From positions 2,688,001-2,752,000 of the forward strand of contig CAVTTN010000002.1 in assembly GCA_963737655.1 (NCBI GenBank): a DNA stretch of 64,000 nucleotides, read 5' to 3'. Position numbers and translations under genes: made by a program. The notes under the pieces were generated by a model. The model searched no databases, was not told where the DNA came from, and saw only the letters and a list, made by a program, of their open reading frames with translations. Positions 21,301 through 30,160 of the stretch are shown piece by piece. How positions within the stretch are numbered: the stretch's first letter is position 1; each line of letters begins with the position of its first letter. Source of the stretch: an uncultured Planctomycetota bacterium (GTDB taxonomy: Bacteria; Planctomycetota; Planctomycetia; Isosphaerales; Isosphaeraceae).

Positions 21301-22626
21301 GAACTGGGTCCCGACGTTGCCCGCCGACAGGCTCACGGCGAAGGCGTCGTTCCCCGAGACCGAACCCGAGGTCGCCCCGCTGCCCGCGGTGTCCTTGCCG
21401 TCGAGGTAGGCCGACGGCTGGGTCTCGACGATCGAATACGAGCCGGGCCGCAGGCCGGGGAACTGGTAGAACCCGTTGGAGTCCGCGGCGACGGTGATCG
21501 GCGCGATCGGCCCCAGGTCGTTCGAGCCCGAGAGCGTGACCAGGGTGCCCGGGATCGGCGACTCGGTCCCCTGGAACGTCCCATCATTGTTGGCGTCGGC
21601 GTAGACGTAGCCCGAAACGCTCGCGGGCGCGACCTCGCCGAAGTTGTTGTTCGACGAGCCGTTCGAGCCGAGCGTGATGGGGATGGTGTCCGTGCCGACG
21701 GTGCCCGGGATCGGGGCGACGTTGCCGCTGGTCTCCAGGCCGTCGAGGTAGCCCGGCGGCTGGGCCTCGACGACGGTGTAGGCGCCGGGCTTCAGGGCGT
21801 CGGACGGCGTGTATTGATAGATCACCTGGACCTGGGCGCTGGCCTTGGTCAGGATATATTCGTCGAAGTTCCCGGGCCCGGTGTCCGTCGAGTTCGCCAG
21901 GGCGATCTGGATCGGCTTGACGGTGCCTTGCCCCGAGTAGAGGGCCAGGGTGGCCGGATTGGTCAGAGTGGTCGAGTTCGATCCGCTCGTGGTGAGCTGG
22001 AAGGTGATGCCGCTGGTCCCGCCGTAGTCCTCGACGTTGTCGAAGGCCGTCAGTTGATCGGTCCGCGACACCGACGGCAGGACGGTGTTGAGGTTCAGCC
22101 CGGGGCCGGTCAGTCCCAGGCTCCCGGCCACGGTCGAGGTGACCGCCGTCGGCGTCGGATCGACGTTCTCGATCCCGAAGGTGCTCGTAATGCTCCCGCC
22201 GTCCATGATCTGGACCGAGGTCAGCGCCCCCAGCGAGCCGTCGAACTGCTGGAAGCTCATCGTCTTCGAGAAGTTCGTCGAGGTCGGCGCGATCGAGGCG
22301 TTCTGGGTGATCGTGACCGGGGCGGTCGAGATCCTCGGGTCGTGGTCGAAGAGGTAGGACCCATCGGGCTTCGAGACCGTGGTGTCGACCACGCTCCCGT
22401 TCGAGTCGTAGAGGCTGACCGACACGTTCGCCAGGGGCGTCTCCCCCGCGTCGAACACGCCGTTGTCATTGGCGTCGCTGTAGACATAGCCGCTGATCCC
22501 GCCCGCCAGGCTGAGCACGACGCGAGGCTCGAGCGACTCGATGGCTGAGGTCACCCCCCCAGACTTGCGGCGTCTACGGGTCGGGCGGGAGATCAGGGGC
22601 GAGCGGAGGAAGCCTCGGCGACTCAT
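15355..22626 (-). CDS. Giant surface protein/adhesin with many SdrD B-like repeats and a choice-of-anchor E-like domain
   Basis: 2423 aa; ESLEPRVVLS planctomycete N-terminal motif; repeated SGxVYxDxNxxG...DGSYSFxxLxPGTYTVTETQP...NFGE units. Confidence 0.92.
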   Translation of the reverse strand: MSRRGFLRSPLISRPTRRRRKSGGVTSAIESLEPRVVLSLAGGISGYVYSDANDNGVFDAGETPLANVSVSLYDSNGSVVDTTVSKPDGSYLFDHDPRISTAPVTITQNASIAPTSTNFSKTMSFQQFDGSLGALTSVQIMDGGSITSTFGIENVDPTPTAVTSTVAGSLGLTGPGLNLNTVLPSVSRTDQLTAFDNVEDYGGTSGITFQLTTSGSNSTTLTNPATLALYSGQGTVKPIQIALANSTDTGPGNFDEYILTKASAQVQVIYQYTPSDALKPGAYTVVEAQPPGYLDGLETSGNVAPIPGTVGTDTIPITLGSNGSSNNNFGEVAPASVSGYVYADANNDGTFQGTESPIPGTLVTLSGSNDLGPIAPITVAADSNGFYQFPGLRPGSYSIVETQPSAYLDGKDTAGSGATSGSVSGNDAFAVSLSAGNVGTQFNFGELVPASIEGSVYFDANKSGTLDAGDSPISNVQVSLAGTDDLGNPVTASGSTDSLGNFAFAGLRPGTYTVTETQPAGYNEGTDAAGTAGGSTAVIDVTSGISLAAGQDAPGYLFGELGSSISGTVFYDANKSATLDAGDSGLGGLTVTLLDSKGQTVATTTTAGDGSYSFPNLPPGSYSVVETVKSGYGTDTPITLPVSLGASPVTGVNFGETLGSLSGVVYFDKDASGTLNTGDVDLGGVTVTLYNSSYQVVATTTTANDGSYSFSGLTAGMYGIVETQPAGYNQGTDTLGSVAGSSLMMQDVFVVPLGAGASGVNYNFGELGSSISGTVFYDANKSATLDAGDSGLGGLTVTLLDSKGQTVATTTTAADGSYNFPNLPPGSYSVVETVKSGYGTDTPTTLPVSLGTSPVTGVNFGETLGSLSGVVYFDKDASGTLNTGDVDLGGVTVTLYNGSSQVVATTTTANDGSYSFSGLTAGTYRVVETQPAGYNEGTDAAGTAGGSTAVIDVTSGISLAAGQDAPGYLFGELGSSISGTVFYDANKSTTLDAGDSGLGGLTVTLLDSKGQTVATTTTAADGSYNFPNLPPGSYSVVETVKSGYGTDTPITLPVSLGTSPVTGVNFGETLGSLSGVVYFDANGDGVQDNGETGISGVTVTLDDSKGNVLTTTLTNSSGGYSFGGLTAGTYSVVETQPSGYFDGLESINSTVQAGTIGTDTLGGIAVPAGTSVASYNFGEIAPGSLSGVVYFDANNNGSKDSGETGISGVTVTLTGTSPYGTVATQTTTTAADGSYSFTNLRPGTYTVTESQPSGYLDGLDAKNGAVIAGSYATDVVSGIGVVQNANSPNNNFGELKPGALSGYVYVDANDNGVKDSGETPIQGVSVTLTGTNDLGAITSATTTTAADGSYSFTNLRPGTYTVTETQPSGYLDGLDAKNGAVIAGSYATDVVSGIGVVQNSTAPNNNFGEVLPATVSGSVYVDANNNGTKDSGETPIQGVTVTLSGTNDLGALTSVTTTTDASGNYSFTGLRPGTYTVTETQPIGYLDGLDAKNGVPIAGSNTSDVISSLTVASGGTSANNNFGELKPGALSGYVYVDANDNGVKDSGETPIQGVSVTLTGTNDLGAITSATTTTAADGSYSFTGLRPGTYTVTETQPSGYLDGLDAKNGAVIAGSYATDVVSGIGVVQNATSPNNNFGELAPASLSGYVYFDANNNGVKDSGETPISGAKVTLTGTDDRGQSVSLPAATTDANGFYSFPNLRPGTYVLTETQPAGYADGKDAIGSEGGTTGNDVLTASPIAAGTSGINNNFGELLPITISGTTYLDTTGNGLTSDDKAFGGLTVTLYSDNNHDGQIDAGDTVVKTATSDATTGYYSFTNVSPGSYLVQETVPNNYLLTAPTNSPFYSVAATTLGATYGNNDFDQYMVCPCAGSVTSLSFVISGPEGTQTVTDLRGHVTQGDTVTAYFKITGTYTTQLSLVSYVAPGSSFDANTASQQTIYADSTGSFAPGPNSGTYSLTVHVPSSYFQVDFVCGQAIDQLGPAGSNIFYTPQGRLISADNGGSQAAGILSGYVYVDANDSGVRNATETGISGVTVTLQTASGTPIATTTTASDGSYSFSGLPSGTYTLVETQPSSYLEGKNTAGTAGGTAGAVGVDTISAITLNLAGGAVDGFEYDFGELRPAAVSGFAFLDSNSDGNRDTGESGLNNVTIKLTGTDDLGHAVSASTATASDGSYSFGGLRPGTYTVTETEPAGYTKTGNNVGTVNGSTDGKLSGSLAINSIALGSGNSGVEYDFGEIKFSSCTQAKPLSCGDTATIGYWANNNGQALIKSLNGGTSATNLATWLTSSYPNLFPASLNLKTNTDVAAYFVKLKNASGDKVEAQVMAVALATYVTDSDLAGTAASSYKFTVNSTGAGGKTYNTGSNGSAFGLSNNTNYTVLTFLQAANASASNGIVSGSTSSSARTAQGTIFNGINTAGDIPGG

Positions 22627-23083
22627 CGGGGGTCATCTCCTGAAATGCGTGGCTCTGATCGAGATCCGCGTCGGTTCGACGCGGGAGGAATGTGCGGGAC
22701 AGGGGGGAATTCGCCGTCTTCTGCCGGACGCTGGCCGGAGGACGGCGCGAACCGCTCACCTGGGCGCGCACGACCGACGCCGCGCCGAGGATGGATCGGG
22801 CTGAACTTATTCAAATTATGGGACAAACGAGCGTGTGACGCTCCAGGTCAATCCTCCGGCCGCGACGGCCCGATCGGGCGGGCCGGAGCGTCCTCCGTGC
22901 CGACCCGGGGCGTCGGCTGGCGGCATCGGGGGTTCATGAGACCGGATGTCGGGACGCTCTCAGGTGCCATGCCCGAGGGAGACGCCCACGATCGAGGTCA
23001 CGCCGGGGGGGCGCCCGGCCGCCCCGTCCCTCGGGACGAGCGGCCGGGCCGGGAGGCCAGCGTAGAACTCGAACGACGGGCGC

Positions 23084-23815
23084 TCAGGACCGGGGGGCCG
23101 AGCGACGACGACGGCGGCGGGCGCCGAGGAGACCCAGGCCGCCCAGGCTGGCCAGGACCAGGCTGGCGGGCTCGGGCACCGCGTTGGGGATGTATTGATA
23201 GCGAACCTCCGCCACTGCACCGGCGTTGGTGCGGAAGATCGTGGCCGAGTTGCCGGCCGTGTCGGTCGCGCTCGACTGCGCCACCGAGAAGATCGGCAGG
23301 ATGATCGATCCCGGCCCGGTGAACAGGAGGATGTCCGACGGCGACGGGGGGATGTACGAGACGCTGTTCGTAGCGAAGCCGTCCAGGCCCGTGTACGCCG
23401 CCCCATAGGGGGAGGTGAAGATCGGGTTGCCGCTCGGGTTCGCGTCGAAGGTCCCGATCCTTTCGACGTCCGGGAGGACCGTCGTGAGGATGGTGCTGTC
23501 GGGCCTGCTCAGCGTGATGCTCGCCGCGAGGTCCGAGGTGATCGTGTTCGAGGAGCTGTCCGAGAGGTTCGAGACCGACATGCTGCCGGTGACCTCACCG
23601 GTCAGTCGGAACTCGATCCCGATGAGCGTGCCCAGGCTCGGGTCGAACTGGGCCAACGTGACCGAGGTGTTCCAGTTGGTCTTGGTGACCGCGACGCTGT
23701 CGCTGTAGTAGGGGGTGTAGTCGGCCTTCGACGACGGCGTCGTCAGGACGGCAACGATGGCGAGGGCGGGGATGAGGCGTAACGCTCGTCCCAGGATGCG
23801 GCTCAGACTCTTCAA
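23084..23815 (-). CDS. PEP-CTERM protein with choice-of-anchor E-like domain
   Basis: GAGGAG RBS before TTG 23815; signal peptide; QFDPSLGTL; C-terminal VPEPASLVLASLGGLGLLGARRRRRR. Confidence 0.88.
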   Translation of the reverse strand: MKSLSRILGRALRLIPALAIVAVLTTPSSKADYTPYYSDSVAVTKTNWNTSVTLAQFDPSLGTLIGIEFRLTGEVTGSMSVSNLSDSSSNTITSDLAASITLSRPDSTILTTVLPDVERIGTFDANPSGNPIFTSPYGAAYTGLDGFATNSVSYIPPSPSDILLFTGPGSIILPIFSVAQSSATDTAGNSATIFRTNAGAVAEVRYQYIPNAVPEPASLVLASLGGLGLLGARRRRRRSAPRS

Positions 23816-24873
23816 GGTACGTCTCCTCAAGATGAGAATCGACAAGGCGATGGGGTGTGCCGATCGGGGTTAGGCCGATGGGCACGATCCCACTCACGGG
23901 ACAAAACATCAGTGCGCCGGCCTGATGCCAGGGGGATTCGAGTGCGACAACCTCGGGCCCGTTCGATCGAGGGAGCCCGCCATCGCCGGGGGGAGCGATG
24001 ATCCGGGCTCGAGCGCCTCGGGACGCCAGGCAGGTCGCCAATCAGGTTTCCGTGGCGGATTCGACGTCATTCCCGAATTCGGCCGGGCCGAGTAAGTCGA
24101 GGGCGGCCCACGCGATCCAGGACCCGAAGAATTTGCCATTCGCGCGAATCAAAGCTAGAGTCCTCGCAGGTGAAGGCGCGGAGGCCGATCGTCGGACGAC
24201 TTCGTCCGACCTCTCACCTCCGCTGTCGCATGGGCATCCCCGCCCGAAGGTGCCGGCGACATGCCGACTCCTGTCCCCATCAAATCCGGGTCAGGTCTCT
24301 CAAGAAAAACCCTATTGTTAGCTGCAGTCTTGCACCTTCGACACAAGGATTCGGAGGAAAACCGAGGCAGGTCGCACGAGCCGGGGACGGGCCGACGGAA
24401 CGCCCCGCCGCCGAGGACTCGTGATGCCAGGGGATTACCGATCGGGAGAGGCCGAGGATCGAAACCGCTCCTCGGTCGTCGCACCACCCCGGTCGGCTCA
24501 TTAGATGCTTCGCCGAACCAAGAGACAAGGCCTCTGGATCTCGCAGGGGTTTTTTCGTAAATGACCTAACTCGCTCGTCTGCCTGAATAAGCGCGACATA
24601 TACGGAAAAAATATTTGTCTATTCTAGCCATTCGGGTGATGTATTCCGCAAAAACGCCTTCCGTGATTGCTTGAGGCGGCCCATGCCTCTCGCCTCGACC
24701 CGTCTTCCGCGAGAGCCGACGCGGCCGAGACGAGGAGTGTGCCGGTCGCGAATGGCCTATCCTTGCCCTCCGTGCCTCGCCGCGGGCGTTGCAAATCCGA
24801 AACGAAATCCAGGGCGGACTCGCCCCTCTCGGGATGCCGAGCGGATCGGAGACCTGGGTTCGGACCGATCGCC

Positions 24874-25815
24874 TCAACGAGATCGCCACCAGATCCCAGG
24901 GGCCAGCCCGAGGGCGGCCGCCTCGGTTTCGATCGACGCGCGGAACCGACGGGCGTCGACGGGATAACCGGCCGACGGGCGGAGGCCGGGGATTCGGGCG
25001 GTCCAGAAGGCGTTGAAGGCGGCCATCCACGCCTCGCGGACCGTCTTGGCCACGATCGACGCCAGGGCGACGAGTCCATCCCCCGAGTCGGCCCGCGGCG
25101 TCAGCTCCAGCTCGAGCCGTCGGCGGCCGTCTCTGAGGGTGTAGACGCTCCGGGACGGGCCCTCGGCGCCCCGGTCGATCCGGGCGTCGGGAAACGAGGA
25201 GGCGAGTGGGCCGAGGTAGAAGTGCCGGCCTCCGTGCTTGTCGCCCCGGGCCCGGGTCTCCTCGGTCGCCTCGGCCCAGGTCGGCGAGAGCAACCGCGCG
25301 AACGCCTCGAAATGGGCTTCCGCCTTGGATTCGAGCCGATCGAGGGCCTCGTTGAACCGGCCCGGGCCGACGACCTCGGCGCGGACGGCCACGATCCGCC
25401 ACGACGAGGCGTTCAGGGGGCGGAGCGGGAGCGTGATGGCCAGGCGATCGAGGGCCTCGGGCGAGGGAAACGGCGGGTCGTGCCCCGGCTCCAGCCACGG
25501 AGCAAGCTCGACGTCCTCGAACGACCCGGAGCCCAGCGCCGCGAGCAGGCCGGAGAGCGTCGAAGGCGGCGAGGCGCCGGTCGCGACGAGGGCGGCGACC
25601 GTCGCTTCTTCCAACCGTTCTCGTCCCTTGCCGCCCCGGTAGATCGCCTTGGAGTCGTCGATCCAGAGCCGATCGGGCCGGCCCCCGGCGCGATCGACCG
25701 ATCCGGCGAGGTCCGCCCAGAGGTCGGGCTGATCCCCCTGGGCGGTCACCGAGGCGAAGACCAGGGGTCCCAGGTTCGGGCCGTAGCCGGCCTCGTCGAT
25801 GCCGACCCACTTCAT
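24874..25815 (-). CDS. RNase HII-like protein
   Basis: GIDEAGYGPNLGPLV, DDSKA, ADS...VALASIVAK. Confidence 0.75.
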   Translation of the reverse strand: MKWVGIDEAGYGPNLGPLVFASVTAQGDQPDLWADLAGSVDRAGGRPDRLWIDDSKAIYRGGKGRERLEEATVAALVATGASPPSTLSGLLAALGSGSFEDVELAPWLEPGHDPPFPSPEALDRLAITLPLRPLNASSWRIVAVRAEVVGPGRFNEALDRLESKAEAHFEAFARLLSPTWAEATEETRARGDKHGGRHFYLGPLASSFPDARIDRGAEGPSRSVYTLRDGRRRLELELTPRADSGDGLVALASIVAKTVREAWMAAFNAFWTARIPGLRPSAGYPVDARRFRASIETEAAALGLAPGIWWRSR

Positions 25816-25848
25816 CCGGGCCGCCGCTCCGAGCAAGGGACGGCCGGA

Positions 25849-26700
<852 letters not shown>

Positions 26701-26852
26701 GGAATGGGGTCCTTCCCGATCGGCGACCCACCCGGGTCGTCCTCCGACCCGGTCCCGGCCCGACTCGGGAGTCTATCCCCGGTCCGAGGCGGCGCGAAGG
26801 GGAATCGGAGGCGAATTCCGGGCCGATCGTTCCTTGGCATTCGCGGGGCTTG

Positions 26853-26882
26853 CACCCTCTCCCCCGCCTCGGGGAGAGGGTG
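26853..26882. repeat. CCCTCTCCCC/GGGGAGAGGG palindromic repeat
   Basis: CACCCTCTCCCC-loop-GGGGAGAGGGTG. Confidence 0.65.
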
Positions 26883-26918
26883 ACGGAACATCGATCCCAG
26901 ACCACTCATCCCTACCAC

Positions 26919-27539
26919 TCACGGCAGCTCGATCACCTCGACCTTGCGAATCCAGACCTGGCTGCCCGGGTCGTGCTGCTGGAAGGCGAAGTAGCCCTCG
27001 GTGAACGAGTTGTTCTTGTCGATGTAATCGACGGTGGTCTTGCCGTTGACGCGGATGATGATGTGGTCGCCCACGGCCTCGATCTCCTGGGTGAACCAGG
27101 TGTCCGGCGGGACGAGCTGATCGAAGACCTTCACGTGATTGTACAACGAGCCCGTGCGGACGGGGTCGCCGTGGGTGCTGTTGACCTGCGCCTCGTATCC
27201 CTTGGGGAAGCCGGGCCCCTTGGCCGTGCGGAAGTACATCCCGGAATTGGCCTTGTCGGCGATCTTGACCTCGGCGCGATACTTGAAGTTCTTGTAATTT
27301 CCCTTGGGGCTGAAGAGGTGGGAGACCGGGCCCTTGCCGTGGATCACGCCGTCCTCGACGACCCAGTTCTTGCTGAAGTCCGCCTGCTTCCCCTTGCCGT
27401 CGTAGGCTTCCCAGCCGTCCAGGTCCTTGCCGTTGAAGATCGGGGTCCAGTCCTTGTCGTCGGCCCGGCTGCCCGAGGGGGCGATCGCGGCCATCGGCGC
27501 GACCAGGGCCAGGGTCAGGGCGAATCGGAGGCGAGTCAT
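26919..27539 (-). CDS. DUF1080 (3-keto-disaccharide hydrolase-like) secreted protein
   Basis: IFNGKDLDGW, NSGMYFR, GYEAQ, FQQHD. Confidence 0.88.
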   Translation of the reverse strand: MTRLRFALTLALVAPMAAIAPSGSRADDKDWTPIFNGKDLDGWEAYDGKGKQADFSKNWVVEDGVIHGKGPVSHLFSPKGNYKNFKYRAEVKIADKANSGMYFRTAKGPGFPKGYEAQVNSTHGDPVRTGSLYNHVKVFDQLVPPDTWFTQEIEAVGDHIIIRVNGKTTVDYIDKNNSFTEGYFAFQQHDPGSQVWIRKVEVIELP

Positions 27540-27773
27540 CGGTGGTCGTCCCTTCTCGTCATGCGAACGGTCGAGAGGCGAGGCCCGGTCTCGATCGGGG
27601 CCGTCGTGCTCCGCGAACTATAAGGGAAGGAACAGGCCGATGCCAGACCTCGGGCCGGTGACCCGACCTCGATTCGTGCCAGCCTCGACGACGGGCCTCT
27701 CAGGAATCCGCCCTCCCGGCGGCGTCGGGAGAGAGGCCGTCATCGCGCCCATCCCGGGCGGGAGTATCGGCCG

Positions 27774-28446
27774 ATGAAGCCCGTCGAACCGACCGTCAGC
27801 CAGGTCATCCGTCGTCGCCGAGCGGCCCGTCGGTTCGACCCGACCCGGCCTCTCGACGAGCGGCTCCTGGACGAAATCCTCGGACTGGCCTCGATGGCCC
27901 CGTCGGGCTTCAACCTCCAGCCGTGGCGGTTCGTGGTCGTCCGCTCGACGAAGAACCGCGAGAGGCTCCGGGCGTGCGCCTTCGGTCAGGCCAAGATCGC
28001 CGAGGCGCCGGCGGTCGTGATCGTCCTCGGGGCGATCGACCCGCATCGCTCGGACCTGGAGGAGGTCGTGGCCGAGGCCGTCCGGCTCGGCGCTGTCCGT
28101 GGAGGAGGGGGCCGGCTGGCGAGGCCGGGCGTCCTCGGCGATGGAACGGCGGGCCGACCCGAGGCTCTGGGCCATGCGGTCGGCCTCGCTGGCCGCCTCG
28201 ACGCTGATGATCGCCGCGGAGGGGCTCGGGGTGGCCTCGGCGCCGATGGAGGGGTTCGCCGAGGAGCCTCTCCGTCGGGAATTCGGAATTCCGGATGATC
28301 ACGTCGTCTGGGGCCTGATCGCCCTGGGCTTCGCCGCCGAGGAAACCCCGTTTCCGGGCCGGCTTCCGCTCGATCGCGTCGTCTTCGACGAGCATTTCGG
28401 CCAGCCGAGGGGCCCTGGATCGGCCGATTCGGAGCCGTTAGGATGA
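27774..28446 (+). CDS. Nitroreductase family protein; apparent frameshift near 28095
   Basis: RRAARRF, APSGFNLQPWRFVVV, then LMIAAEGLGVASAPMEGF in the shifted frame. Confidence 0.85.
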
Positions 28447-28493
28447 CGCGCCCGCCGAGCTTCGCCCCAGGAACCCTCCCCGAGAGACGCGCG

Positions 28494-29246
28494 ATGATCG
28501 CCTCCAAGACGCTCCGCCGCTTCCTGCTCGCCTCGCTGATGCTCGCCGTGGCCTCGCCCCTGGCCTGCGGTCAGGACAAGGGCGGCCGGGCCGTCGTGCC
28601 CGAGGCCCGCACCGACGCGAGCTGGTGGATCAACATGCATCAGAAGTTCGTCGATCGCGCCAAGAAGAAGGACATCGACCTCCTCTTCCTCGGCGACTCG
28701 ATCACCCAGGGCTGGGGCGAGAACCCGACCTGGCAGCGCTACTACGCCCCGAGGAACGCCGCGAACTTCGGGATCGGCGGCGACCGCACCCAGCACGTGA
28801 TCTGGCGGCTCGACAACGGCGAGATCGACGGGATCGCGCCCAAGGTGGCCGTCCTGATGATCGGCACCAACAACATCGGCTCGAACACGCCGGAGGAGAT
28901 CGCCGCCGGGGTCGAGAAGATCGTCAAGATGCTCCGCGAGAAGCTGCCGAACACGAAGGTCCTGCTCCTCGGCGTGTTCCCACGGGGGGGCAACGTGACG
29001 CGAGAGAATGCCAAGACCCTCACCGCCGCCTCGCAGGCCCCTCAGCCCGGCCAGATCAACGCCCTGATCGCCAAGCTCGACGACGGGAAGGCCGTCAAAT
29101 ATCTCGACATCGGCAAGTCCTTCCTGGACGCCAACGGCGAGATCCCCCGGGATCTCATGAACGACTTCCTCCACCTGACCGACGCCGGCTATCGCGCCTG
29201 GGCCGAGGCGATCGAGCCGACCCTCTGGGCGATGATGAACGACTGA
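28494..29246 (+). CDS. SGNH/GDSL hydrolase (PAF-acetylhydrolase Ib-like)
   Basis: FLGDSITQGW, GIGGDRTQH, IGTNN, DFLHL. Confidence 0.9.
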   Translation: MIASKTLRRFLLASLMLAVASPLACGQDKGGRAVVPEARTDASWWINMHQKFVDRAKKKDIDLLFLGDSITQGWGENPTWQRYYAPRNAANFGIGGDRTQHVIWRLDNGEIDGIAPKVAVLMIGTNNIGSNTPEEIAAGVEKIVKMLREKLPNTKVLLLGVFPRGGNVTRENAKTLTAASQAPQPGQINALIAKLDDGKAVKYLDIGKSFLDANGEIPRDLMNDFLHLTDAGYRAWAEAIEPTLWAMMND

Positions 29247-29277
29247 CCGGCCGGGCCCGGCCCGAGGGGGGACCGGA

Positions 29278-30066
29278 TCAGGCCATCTTGTTCCCCCCGG
29301 TGCTCTCCAGGATCGCCTTGGCCGCGGCGCTGGCGTCCAGCCCGGCGAGCATCACGGGCTTCCAGGTGTCGTACGTGTTCTTGCGGATTTGATCGATGTA
29401 CTGGTTCAGTTGGCCGACCGTCTCGCCCGCGACCGAACCGATCGCCCGGAAGAGCTGGACGAACAGGAACATGGCCGGGGTGCCGGGCCGGGCGAGGTAC
29501 TGCATCGGGAACGTCCAGTTGATCAGCGTCAGGACGTTGCGGAGGTCGGCGGCCTTCGGGTCGAGGCACGGCCGATCGGGGGAGTGGTTGTCGAGGAAGT
29601 CCGCGCCGGTCACGCCCTCTCCGGAGGCCGAGAGTGGCTTGAAGAGCGCCTCGTCCGCCTCGATCATCGCGCGCGTCTCGAAGTACTTGTAGCAGTCGCG
29701 GACCGAGCCGAACGAGCCGGCCACCGTCCGCCCTTCGAGGAGCTTCAGCGCGTAGCGGGCCTTGACCTGGAGGTCGTGAATCCGCCTCTCGGCGACCTGG
29801 GACTCGGCGTCGAGCCTCTGGAGGTCGCTGTAGAGCTGCATGCGGACGGTGTCGAGGATCATCGCGCGTTCGATCTGCCCGGCGGCCTGGGCCTCGGCGA
29901 GCTCGGCCTGCGCCACGTTGAGCTTGTACTGGCCCAGGGCCCGGACGAAATCGTTGTAGACCTGCTCCCTCTTGATGAAGAAGTCGAGCAGGGCCTCCGT
30001 GCTCGCCCCGGCCCCTCCCGAGCCGGCCGAGGGGGCGTCCGCCGCGTTCAGGATCGGCTTGCGCAT
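29278..30066 (-). CDS. Hypothetical protein with N-terminal coiled coil
   Basis: GGAGGAAACCCGATG RBS and start; coding-like codon bias; no recognised motif. Confidence 0.7.
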   Translation of the reverse strand: MRKPILNAADAPSAGSGGAGASTEALLDFFIKREQVYNDFVRALGQYKLNVAQAELAEAQAAGQIERAMILDTVRMQLYSDLQRLDAESQVAERRIHDLQVKARYALKLLEGRTVAGSFGSVRDCYKYFETRAMIEADEALFKPLSASGEGVTGADFLDNHSPDRPCLDPKAADLRNVLTLINWTFPMQYLARPGTPAMFLFVQLFRAIGSVAGETVGQLNQYIDQIRKNTYDTWKPVMLAGLDASAAAKAILESTGGNKMA

Positions 30067-30160
30067 CGGGTTTCCTCCGGACCCTCGACCGCGAAGGACC
30101 GCAACGGGGATGGCAGGCTTACGCCCCCGTAAGCCTGCCAACCGGGTCACCTCGAATCGG

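Noticed and set aside
15475..22548. 2357-aa plus-strand ORF
   Set aside because: Antisense shadow of the repetitive adhesin; stop-poor because of high GC and codon bias; no motifs.
23900..24440. Sigma-54 promoter or c-di-GMP riboswitch upstream of the PEP-CTERM gene
   Set aside because: The TGGCAT sites lack the TTGC -12 element at the right spacing, and no GEMM consensus could be matched by eye.
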